Source of the DNA: Trichodesmium erythraeum IMS101
GTDB taxonomy: Bacteria; Cyanobacteriota; Cyanobacteriia; Cyanobacteriales; Microcoleaceae
Reading direction: 5' to 3'
Length of the DNA: 32,000 nucleotides
Assembly: GCF_000014265.1 (NCBI RefSeq)
Contig: NC_008312.1
Coordinates: forward strand, 7,710,001-7,742,000
Shown here: positions 9,995-18,406 of the stretch, piece after piece
How positions within the stretch are numbered: position 1 is the first letter of the stretch
Layout: each line of letters opens with the position of its first letter
Notes under the pieces: generated by a model
Told to the model about the DNA's origin: nothing
The model's database searches: none
Seen by the model: the letters and a program-made list of their open reading frames with translations, nothing else
Translations under genes and position numbers: made by a program

Positions 9995-11242
9995 ATGAAA
10001 AATACAATGGGCAAAGTATTTTGGAAACAACCTTTAACTTATTTATTACTACTAGCAGGAGCAGTCGGAGCATTATTAGGTGAGCGACTAATATTACAGA
10101 CAAGTAGCTCTCCAGAAAACTCAAGTCAGCTTACTGAACTATCAGTGACTCAATCTCTTAGCAAAACTGATAATACTTCTAACTCAGAAAAGTCCACTTG
10201 GTTACCAGTTAGAGCCCCCATTTCCAATAGCAATTTTATTGTAAATGCAGTCCAAAAAGTTGGTCCAGCAGTAGTCAGGATTAATGCTTCTCGAGCTGTC
10301 AGCCAAAGACCTAATATGTATGGATTTAGGGTACCAGAAGATTTCTATGGTTTTGAATTACCTAGATCGCGTAATAGTCCAATTGAGCAAGGAACTGGTT
10401 CTGGTTTTATCATCAGTTCTGATGGTAATATTCTTACAAATGCTCATGTTGTCGAGGGTTCAACTACTGTAGAAGTGGTCCTTAAAGATGGTCGTCGCCT
10501 TCAAGGTAAAGTTTTGGGCACAGATTCTCTAACTGATGTAGCAGTAGTTAAAATTGATGCTGGTAGTCTTCCAACTGTTAAGATCGGAGATTCAAATAAT
10601 CTGCAACCTGGAGAATGGGCGATCGCTATTGGCAACCCCCTAGGTCTAGATAATTCTGTGACGGTGGGCATAATTAGTGCCACAGGTCGTTCTAGTAATG
10701 ATGTGGGTGTTCCAGATAAGCGGGTAGGATTTATTCAAACAGATGCTGCAATTAATCCTGGTAATTCTGGTGGTCCTCTGTTGAATCAAAATGGTGAGGT
10801 AATTGGCATTAATACAGCTATTATTGATGGTGCTCAAGGTTTAGGATTTGCAATTCCTATTAATAATGCTCAACAAATTGCTAAACAATTAATTAAGGTA
10901 GGTAAAGCAGAACACGCTTATTTAGGTATTGCTATGCAAACTCTTACACCAGAACTTAAGCAAGAACTGAACCGAAATTTCAATACAAATATGTTTAGTG
11001 ACCAAGGGGTATTAGTAATACAAGTTGTTCCTGGTTCTCCTGCTGATAAAAGTGGTTTAAAACCAGGGGATATAATTCAAAGAATTGATAATCAAACTAT
11101 TACTACATCTGAAAATGTACAGCAAATTGTTCAGAACAAAACAGTAGGTAGTTTGTTGGAATTAGAAATTAATCGGAATGGTAAAAGCTTGAATTTGGAT
11201 GTACGAACTGGAAATTTACCACCTAGAAGATTCAGAGGATAG
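9995..11242 (+). CDS. HtrA/DegP-family periplasmic serine protease with C-terminal PDZ domain (HhoA/HhoB/HtrA paralog not resolved)
   Basis: 415 aa. N-terminal hydrophobic anchor LTYLLLLAGAVGALLG. Catalytic contexts GSGFIISSDGNILTNAHVV, TDVAVVKI and TDAAINPGNSGGPLLN. PDZ-like GVLVIQVVPGSPADKSGLKPGDIIQRID. HIP1 site at 10619-10626. Confidence 0.9.
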   Translation: MKNTMGKVFWKQPLTYLLLLAGAVGALLGERLILQTSSSPENSSQLTELSVTQSLSKTDNTSNSEKSTWLPVRAPISNSNFIVNAVQKVGPAVVRINASRAVSQRPNMYGFRVPEDFYGFELPRSRNSPIEQGTGSGFIISSDGNILTNAHVVEGSTTVEVVLKDGRRLQGKVLGTDSLTDVAVVKIDAGSLPTVKIGDSNNLQPGEWAIAIGNPLGLDNSVTVGIISATGRSSNDVGVPDKRVGFIQTDAAINPGNSGGPLLNQNGEVIGINTAIIDGAQGLGFAIPINNAQQIAKQLIKVGKAEHAYLGIAMQTLTPELKQELNRNFNTNMFSDQGVLVIQVVPGSPADKSGLKPGDIIQRIDNQTITTSENVQQIVQNKTVGSLLELEINRNGKSLNLDVRTGNLPPRRFRG

Positions 11243-11749
11243 TTTGGAAATTATAATGAAAGAATCTTTTAAAATATTATTCATAGAGACAAGTCTGACA
11301 GAGATATTGTTGTGAGGATGAACTAGCACAAAGTTAAAGATGAATAAATACACAAAATTAATTATACATTTTGTTAAGCTTAATCTCTTATACTATATAT
11401 CTCACATAAAATTAGCCGATGCTTGCATGAGTGTTTAAGTGCTTAACATTCACAGTTCAAAGAAAAAAATAGAATGTATAGTTGCAGCTAAACTAGGTAA
11501 AGATGATGATTTGACTGGCCTCTATTTATTTCTTTTTTTTGATGAGTATGGATAATAAACTAGACAATGGGAAATTATTCCCATAACTATTGCGAGCCTT
11601 GGCTTACAGCTATCTCAAGATTAGAAACTTTCAATCTTAACTGTAAATGGTGTAAGCAAAGTCCTATCATACTTTCAGCCTTTAAAGTTAATAGTTTTTT
11701 AGGATAACTTTGTACTCTCCAGTAATAAAAATTAGTGGAGGAAAAAATA

Positions 11750-12283
11750 ATGGAAGTCTTACAAGTAGCTCAGTTAGGCAATAAGATATTACGATATCAA
11801 GCTCAAACTGTTAATAATATTTTGGATCAAAATGTACAGCAACTAATTGATAATTTAATTTTTACAGTAATTGAAACAAATGGTGTGGGAATTGCTGCTC
11901 CACAAGTTTCAATTAGTGATTGCTTATTTATTATTGCCTCAAGACCAAATATTAGATATCCCAATGCTCCAAAAATGGAGCCAATAGCTATGATAAACCC
12001 TAGATTAATATCTCATTCAGAAGATAGAGTCAAAGGATGGGAAGGTTGTTTAAGTATACCAGGAATTAGGGGTTTAGTACCAAGATATAGAGTAATAAAT
12101 GTAGAATATACTAATCGAGAAGGAAAACTAGAAAGACAAGAATTAACAGATTTTGTTGCTAGAATTTTTCAGCATGAATACGATCATTTAGAAGGTCTAG
12201 TATTTTTAGATCGTGTAGAAAGTACCACAGATTTAATCACAGAAGATGAATATCAGAAACAAATTATTCAATTAAGGAATTAG
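11750..12283 (+). CDS. def: Peptide deformylase
   Basis: Three canonical motifs: GVGIAAPQV, EGCLSIPG, QHEYDHLEG. The track ORF starts at GTG 11735, but ATG 11750 sits 8 nt after GGAGG (11737-11741), so I prefer it. Confidence 0.88.
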   Translation: MEVLQVAQLGNKILRYQAQTVNNILDQNVQQLIDNLIFTVIETNGVGIAAPQVSISDCLFIIASRPNIRYPNAPKMEPIAMINPRLISHSEDRVKGWEGCLSIPGIRGLVPRYRVINVEYTNREGKLERQELTDFVARIFQHEYDHLEGLVFLDRVESTTDLITEDEYQKQIIQLRN

Positions 12284-12760
12284 GATATAGGAATTAACAG
12301 AGCATTTCCGTAGTATTCAGCAAAATCTTTATAGCAATAGAAAAAAAGCTTAGGACGCTGAATTATTCCAGATTTGGGAAAAGCCAAAATTGATGTCTTA
12401 ACCTATGCTTGGACTGCTATACCTTTCTATTCCTTAACTTGTCAGTCTCTGCCAGAAGTCTCACTACAAATGATAGCTAAGACTTTGACCTTCTTTAGAG
12501 CAACTTCGGGGATTAATGCTAAGTCTCTAACCCGTTGCCTAGGTTGTCAAACCAACAACAAGGTGGTAAGAATTTCACTTACAAAGATGTAAGAGTTATC
12601 TATAAATCTAGGTTTTCCTCATATATTGATTTGGGAAAGCCTTTTATACCTAATTTTATTGGTTTAGTAGGCAAGGATTTAAACATTTGATTTGATAACT
12701 TGACTCTTCCTTGAAAGTTTAGTAAATAGCACTTTTTATTTTTCTCAGGTACAATTTTTC

Positions 12761-12809
12761 CCTATTTCCTATTTTCTGTTCTCTATTTTCTACTTCCTAT
12801 TCTCTATTC
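12761..12809. repeat. Degenerate heptanucleotide tandem repeat (STRR-like), 7 units
   Basis: CCTATTT CCTATTT TCTGTTC TCTATTT TCTACTT CCTATTC TCTATTC, read directly from the sequence. Confidence 0.7.
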
Positions 12810-13407
12810 CTTAAAAATCTATAATTCCTCAAATGAAAATAAGATTTATATCAATCAGCTCATTGGTTATGCCAAAATTCTATACTTATAAAGTTTAGGA
12901 AAGTCGAATATTTGACCATAGCCCAAGAAACTTCAATAGCTACTTAACTATTTTCAAAGAACTGCAACAATGATAAGATTGTTTTATAAAATTTTGGGCT
13001 GGAAACTAAATATCTTCTATAGAGTTTTGTTCAGGGGTATTCGGGGGAAACCTTGTAAAATTTATTAACCATTCCTCTTCTGATAAATTTTGATTAATTG
13101 TCATCAAATATTCTTACAATTATATCAAATTATTATCAGTGCCTCTATCCCGAAATATTGCACATTTTTTTCTTAGTCTTTGCTGTTGCAAATATTTAAT
13201 AAATTCAATAATGATTTAGGATTGCTATATATCTATAATCATTATCAAAGAATAATTATCATTGCTTAAATGTGGGAATTTAGAATGACAATTTTCTTTG
13301 ACGTTCAAACCAAATTTTTTCCCTTATATAGCAGGTTGTGTAAAAATCCCATACTTAAAAAGTTTTGGAAAATAGTTCAAAATAGTAAATAAATTGAGGA
13401 AATATTT

Positions 13408-13977
13408 ATGAGTATTAATCTCAGCAAGGGTGAAAGAATTAGTCTATCTAAAGAAGCGCCTGGAATGAAAAAAGTTGTAGCAGGTTTAGGATGGGATGTA
13501 AATGTTTCAGATACAGGTTCAGATTTTGACCTTGATGTTTCTGTGTTTATGTTAGGAGCAAGTGGCAAAATTCCTCAAGAGAAATACTTTGTTTTTTACA
13601 ATAATCTTAAATCTCCTGATGGTTCAGTAGAGTCTATGGGAGATAGTCGTACAGGAAAAGGAGAGGGAGATGATGAGACTATTACTATAGATTTATTAAA
13701 GGTTGATTCGATAATTGAAGAAATTATTTTTGTTGTTACTATATATGAAGCAGAAAAAAGAAGGCAAAATTTTGGGCAAGTGAGAAATTCTTACATCAGA
13801 ATTTATGATGAGGAAAATGAAGAAGAAGTAACTAAGTATGAACTAGAAGAAGACTTTTCTAGGGAAACAGCTATAGAGTTTGGGAAACTGTATAAAAAAA
13901 ATAGTGAATGGAGATTTCAAGCTGTAGGAGAAGGTTATAATTCTGGCTTAGAAAGTTTTGTACAAAAATATAACTAA
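13408..13977 (+). CDS. terD: TerD-family stress/tellurite-resistance-type protein
   Basis: 189 aa, colinear with enterobacterial TerD/TerE: MSINLSKGERISLSK, GLGWDV, FDLDVSVFML, FVFYNNLKSPDGSV, GDSRTGKGEGDDE, FVVTIYEAEKRRQNFGQV, EWRFQAVG. GAGGA lies 8-9 nt upstream of the ATG. Confidence 0.92.
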   Translation: MSINLSKGERISLSKEAPGMKKVVAGLGWDVNVSDTGSDFDLDVSVFMLGASGKIPQEKYFVFYNNLKSPDGSVESMGDSRTGKGEGDDETITIDLLKVDSIIEEIIFVVTIYEAEKRRQNFGQVRNSYIRIYDEENEEEVTKYELEEDFSRETAIEFGKLYKKNSEWRFQAVGEGYNSGLESFVQKYN

Positions 13978-14036
13978 TTAATTTATTTATAGCCTTTATC
14001 AAGTTACTACTAAAAAAATGAATTTTCTAACTTATT

Positions 14037-14371
14037 AGTACGGGAATTGCTATAGTGAATTCTTAATAGTTGACATCCTCCCTGGTTGTTAGGCGCGGGG
14101 AGGTTTTTGTGAGCAGAAGTTCCCATCTGGGTTGACGTTTTATAGGCCTTGTATAATTTGTCGCGAGGGCAAAAGTTGATGCTAGTCAAGTCCCTTGCCT
14201 GGTAAGTCCGTTTTTTGTCCCAGACTGCCCACCCGGGAATAATTAGGGTTAGCCCATCTATTGTCTAATGGAGTGAGGTTTGTTGGAGGTCAGTACGGAA
14301 TTATGGAGGCGCAGAGACACAGAAGCGCAAAGACACGGAGGCACGGAGGCACAGAGGCAAAGAGCCATTGA
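14037..14371. other. GC-rich non-coding island of unknown nature (candidate structured RNA or miniature insertion), ending in a T-free octamer-repeat tract
   Basis: Local GC is about 50% by eye against a background of about 30%. No ORF of 60 aa or more on either strand. Bounded by AGTACGGGAATT (14037-14048) and AGTACGGAATT (14292-14302). Has a perfect TATAAT at 14152-14157 and a T-free run at 14305-14367. Confidence 0.4.
14077..14108 (+). terminator. Intrinsic-terminator-shaped hairpin about 100 nt downstream of the first terD paralog
   Basis: CCTCCCTG (14077-14084) pairs with CGGGGAGG (14096-14103): 8 bp including one G-U, with an 11-nt loop, followed by TTTTT (14104-14108). Confidence 0.5.
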
Positions 14372-14988
14372 TTTTTATTCTTAGATGCCTGAAATAATAT
14401 CTATACATTATCTTGAGCTACAAAAATCATACTACTTTTCACCCATTCAGAATTTTGCTTGAGCAACATTTGTTTCAATGCTTTGAGAATTAATTAGACA
14501 GCCCTAATTAATTAAAATTTAGGCTAACATATATATTAAAAAAATAACTAAAAAGTCGACTGCTTATGGATAATGCTTTAGACCCAATTTTTTTGTAAAG
14601 CAATTCGCCTATAGGTTGTTATATTTTATAGTTAAAGCGTGTGCTATGTAAACTAAAGCGCAAATGGGACTTAGAAACTAAACTCTTACAATTTTTTTTA
14701 CTAATCATTTCATATTGCTATAGATATTACTTCAACTCAAAGTTTAATTAATCTGCTATTTGCTAAACTTGAGTCTTATGAATTATGATCACAAAAAAAT
14801 AAGGAGTCAAGACTCCCCTTGAAAAGAGATACAAAAATAAAATTCAGCATTTAAAGCCTTCTACTAAAATGCAAGGTATTAATAACTGATAACTGAAATT
14901 ATTTTAGTATAATTATGATGAATCAAAACTAATATAAATTATCTTTTTCAAGGATTATTAAAGTTATTTATTAAGAGAGGGAAAATCA

Positions 14989-15564
14989 ATGTCTGTTAAA
15001 CTCAGTAAAGGTCACAGAATTAATCTTTCTAAGGATACACCAGGGTTAACAAAAGTAGCTATTGGTTTGGGATGGGACGTTAATCCTACTGATACAGGTA
15101 CGGAATTTGATTTAGATGTCTCTGTATTTATGTTAGGAGATAATGGAAAAATTCCAGAAGATGAATACTTTGTTTTCTACAATAATTTAAAATCTCCAGA
15201 TGGTTCAGTAAAGCATTGGGGAGATAACAGAACTGGAGAGGGGAAACAGGATGATGAAACAATAGAAATAGATTTAACTAATGTTAATTTGAGTATTGAA
15301 GAACTACTTTTTGTTGTAACTATCCATGAAGCAGAAAAAAGAAGGCAAAATTTTGGGCAAGTTAAAAATTCTTTTATTAGAGTTTATGACTTAAACACTC
15401 AAGAAGAAATAACAAAGTATGAATTAGAAGAAGATTTTTCGAGAGAAACTGCTATAGAATTTGGTCGTCTTTATAAGAAAAATAGTGAATGGAGATTTCA
15501 AGCAGTCGGAACAGGATACAATACTGGTTTACAAACTTTTGTAGATAAATACGTTTACTCATGA
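14989..15564 (+). CDS. terD: TerD-family stress/tellurite-resistance-type protein (tandem paralog)
   Basis: 191 aa, about three quarters identical by eye to the 13408-13977 product. Same blocks, but the acidic loop reads GDNRTGEGKQDDE. AGAGAGGGA precedes the ATG. Confidence 0.92.
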   Translation: MSVKLSKGHRINLSKDTPGLTKVAIGLGWDVNPTDTGTEFDLDVSVFMLGDNGKIPEDEYFVFYNNLKSPDGSVKHWGDNRTGEGKQDDETIEIDLTNVNLSIEELLFVVTIHEAEKRRQNFGQVKNSFIRVYDLNTQEEITKYELEEDFSRETAIEFGRLYKKNSEWRFQAVGTGYNTGLQTFVDKYVYS

Positions 15565-15991
15565 GTAAAAAAAGTATTTTTGGTATAGTAATAACTAATA
15601 CAAAAAAAATTAAAAAATTAAAGTTAAAAATACTGGTTAGTTAATCAATAATTATAGACATTAGGGAAAAGTGTAAGCATGAAATTTGTTAGCAATTAGC
15701 TATAATCTATAAGTTATTAACTAATTATTTTAAAGGATAAACTATACCAAGCTCGTAAAATATTGAAAGGGTATTTTTTTCAAGTTACAGCCATTTTGCT
15801 AAATATAAAGATTAAGCCATGGGATAAGCATACTTTACATACCCCAATTTGCTATTAATCTCTAAAGAAAATTAAAAATTATGAATAAAACTATTATCTA
15901 ACTCTAGTAATTGCTTTATTTTTATAAAAATTTAAATCTGGATACTTACAAGAAATAGGAACAAAAAACAGGAAATAGTTATAATAATATT

Positions 15992-16899
15992 TATACTTAT
16001 TTAAGTTAAGCATGAGACATTCAGCCACACAATAATCACAGATAATTTCATCTAAGGCTGTATTTGAATTAGCATACATTTTGCTCTCTTTAAGACACTA
16101 AAATTATTTTTAATATCCTTCAAATCATGAGAATACTTAGGGAGGAATATGACCTGATGATTTCCATCTTCAACTATTTTTTTAATAACTATTTTTCGAT
16201 GAATTGGTGCATTATCTATAACCAAAACTGATGTGATAGTTAATGATGGTTATCAATATATGAATAACCAGCCTTCCAAACCTTCTGCATTTAAACTTCC
16301 TGTGAATATTATTGGTGGGATTAAATCTTTTTTTCATTTTATTCTACCAAGGACTAAGTTTTCTCTTTTTTCCTCTTTCCTTGCCTATCTCCAAAAATTT
16401 TTTTCCCTCTTTTTAACTACACATAAATACAATTTAGAAATTCTTCAATTCCTGACTCCAAAACGAATACTAAACTTTTACCATCATATATTTTGATTAA
16501 TTTCAGTAAATCCTAATAATATTTTATCCATTATTATCTACTTCTTTGCGCGATAACGTGCTTCTTTTTTTCTGGTCATTTTCATTTTTTTGATGTCCTT
16601 AAAAATTGCAGTATTTTTTAGCTCTCTGTTTTAATCTAGCTTCTGGATTTTCTTGTATCTAGGGAACGCTAGATATATTTTACCTTTGTTGCTGCCATTG
16701 CCTTTCTCTTGAGCCATCTTTATATTGACCCTCTTCGTATTCCAAACACTTGCGCCACTTTGGTGACTCTACCGCCATTTTCTATTATTACTATTAATTT
16801 TTGTCTTAAATCTAAACCACAAGCCATGATTTCTACTCCCATACCTTCTCTTTTCAATCTCATGCTCTTTTTGTTTAATTCTTAAGTTAAATGAATATA
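15992..16899 (-). mobile_element. Decayed IS630/Tc1-mariner family insertion sequence, copy B (same family as copy A, opposite orientation)
   Basis: Ends TATACTTATTTAAGTTAAGCATGAGACAT (15992-16020) and AATTCTTAAGTTAAATGAATATA (16877-16899) match the copy A repeats. The reverse complement of 16010-16230 aligns with copy A 4996-5210 at roughly 85% by eye. Track ORF 15894-16079 is the transposase tail (NTALDEIICDYCVA) reading out of the element. Confidence 0.75.
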
Positions 16900-17111
16900 C
16901 TTGTTTACTATGACAACTTTTACAAGTTATAGTTTTACCATTAATCCAGAGGGAGTAAAAAGCCTATACTTATCAATTAATGGAACATTAATTCCTACTA
17001 ATTGACCACCATAAATTTACCTTACGGTAAATTAAAAATTATGGTGTTATATCTATGAATAATTTAGCTTCCGAAAAGATTTTTAGTCCTATTTTAATAA
17101 GAAATAAAATT

Positions 17112-17131
17112 GCTTGATTTTGACATCAAGC
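17112..17131 (-). terminator. Possible intrinsic terminator of pdhA
   Basis: GCTTGAT (17112-17118) pairs with ATCAAGC (17125-17131) around a 6-nt loop. On the - strand the stem is followed by AATTTTATTTC. It lies about 30 nt after the pdhA stop. Confidence 0.4.
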
Positions 17132-17162
17132 TTAATGAAAATTAAATCAATAATCCGACTAA

Positions 17163-18203
17163 CTAATCCTCTGCAAAAATATACCGATATAGTTCATCTG
17201 AACCTGGTTCTGGACTATTTGTAGCAAAATCAACAGCTTCAGTAATTAAATTCTCAATCTTTTTATCAATTGCCACTAATTCTGCAACATCTACCAAATT
17301 ATTTTCTGTTAAGTAAGTTGTAAATTTTTTAATGGGGTCACGAGAAAACCAATATTGCTTTTCTTCTTGATCTCTTAATTCATCAGGGTCTGCCAAAGAA
17401 TGTCCTCGAAAACGATAAGTCAAAGCTTCAATTAAAGTTGGTCCTTCGCCAGCACGAGCCCGAGCAACAGCCTCTTGAGCAGCAGAATGTACTGCTAATA
17501 TATCCATACCATCAACTTCTACACCTACCATGCCAAAAGCATGAGCTTTTTTATAAATTTCCGGTTCAGAAGTAGCGCGTTCGTGAGCCATACCAATTGC
17601 CCATTTGTTATTTTCTACTACATAAATAATTGGTAGTTTCCACAGTGCAGCCATATTTAGGCATTCAAAAAACTGACCATTATTACAAGCTCCATCTCCA
17701 AAGAAACAAGCCGTTACTTGGTCAGCCGCTTGATTTCCCATAGTTTCCCGACGATATTTACTCTGAAAAGCTGCCCCAGTCGCGACAGGAATACCTTCAG
17801 CAACAAAAGCATAACCCCCTAATAGATTATGCGTAGCTGAGAACATATGCATCGAACCACCACGACCTTTAGAACAACCTGTAGCTTTGCCAAATAATTC
17901 AGCCATTACTTCTCGTGCAGGTACACCAGCACTTAGAGCATGAACGTGGTCTCTATAGGTGCTACTAACAAAATCTTCATCTTGACGCATAGCTTTAATT
18001 ACACCGGAAGAAACTGCTTCTTGTCCATTATAAAGATGGACAAAGCCAAACATTTTGCCTCGGTAATACATTTCAGCACACTTATCTTCAAATAAGCGCC
18101 CTAAAACCATATCTTCATATAGAATTAATGCTTTTTCCTTAGTGATTTTTACACTATTAGTATCAAATTTAGGTACGGTGCGTTCTTGGATCATTTTATA
18201 CAT
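17163..18203 (-). CDS. pdhA: Pyruvate dehydrogenase E1 component, alpha subunit
   Basis: 346 aa with E1-alpha blocks: [51 protein letters not shown], the ThDP-binding [37 protein letters not shown], and [15 protein letters not shown]. The second ATG at 18194 (MIQERT...), preceded by AGGA, may be the true start. Confidence 0.9.
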   Translation of the reverse strand: MYKMIQERTVPKFDTNSVKITKEKALILYEDMVLGRLFEDKCAEMYYRGKMFGFVHLYNGQEAVSSGVIKAMRQDEDFVSSTYRDHVHALSAGVPAREVMAELFGKATGCSKGRGGSMHMFSATHNLLGGYAFVAEGIPVATGAAFQSKYRRETMGNQAADQVTACFFGDGACNNGQFFECLNMAALWKLPIIYVVENNKWAIGMAHERATSEPEIYKKAHAFGMVGVEVDGMDILAVHSAAQEAVARARAGEGPTLIEALTYRFRGHSLADPDELRDQEEKQYWFSRDPIKKFTTYLTENNLVDVAELVAIDKKIENLITEAVDFATNSPEPGSDELYRYIFAED

Positions 18204-18243
18204 CCTAAGGTAGTATAATAAGCGATAAATTTTGTGTAATGTT

Positions 18244-18271
18244 TTGCAAAAGTCTAAAATGACCTTATAAT
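18244..18271 (+). promoter_or_regulatory. Sigma-70-type promoter candidate for ftn2/zipN
   Basis: TTGCAA (18244-18249), a 16-nt spacer, then TATAAT (18266-18271), about 135 nt upstream of the ORF start. Sequence pattern only. Confidence 0.35.
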
Positions 18272-18406
18272 TATTAGCTTATATGGGAATGGTGTCTTAC
18301 AGCAAACAAATTTTACTGGTTTTATGACAAAAAATGCTGTAGAATAATATAAAGCCTCTGTTAGTAAGTAAGAAGCGATATTATTAATTAGTATAGTAAC
18401 TCCCCT

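Noticed and set aside
9942-10837. Track ORFs 9942-10124 (-), 10284-10472 (+), 10501-10683 (-) and 10646-10837 (-)
   Set aside because: All overlap the HtrA protease gene in alternative or antisense frames. They have low-complexity translations and no start-site signals.
12374-12592. 72-aa TTG-start ORF as a CDS
   Set aside because: It has no Shine-Dalgarno sequence, a non-ATG start and no recognisable motifs. The region is kept only as a finding. I also considered a tmRNA tag-like reading (..TNNKVVRISLTKM), but it does not end in the usual Ala-Ala and no tRNA-like arms flank it.
13377-13568. Track ORF 13377-13568 (-)
   Set aside because: It is antisense to the 5-prime end of the well-supported terD gene and has no family resemblance.
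14061-14300. GC-rich island as a known riboswitch or housekeeping RNA (Mn yybP-ykoY, cobalamin, ykkC/guanidine, TPP, RNase P, SRP, tmRNA, group II intron domain V)
   Set aside because: By eye I could not find the conserved cores: GGGGAGUAG plus UUGACA pairing context, the B12 box, ACGR/GGGA ykkC blocks, CUGAGA, GGAAAGUCCGG, or the domain V GAGCCGUAU-type helix. A covariance-model search is still needed.
16233-16496. Track ORF 16233-16496 (+), 87 aa
   Set aside because: It lies antisense within the decayed IS630 copy B. The Phe/Leu-rich translation is low-complexity, arising from a poly-A/T-rich pseudogene.
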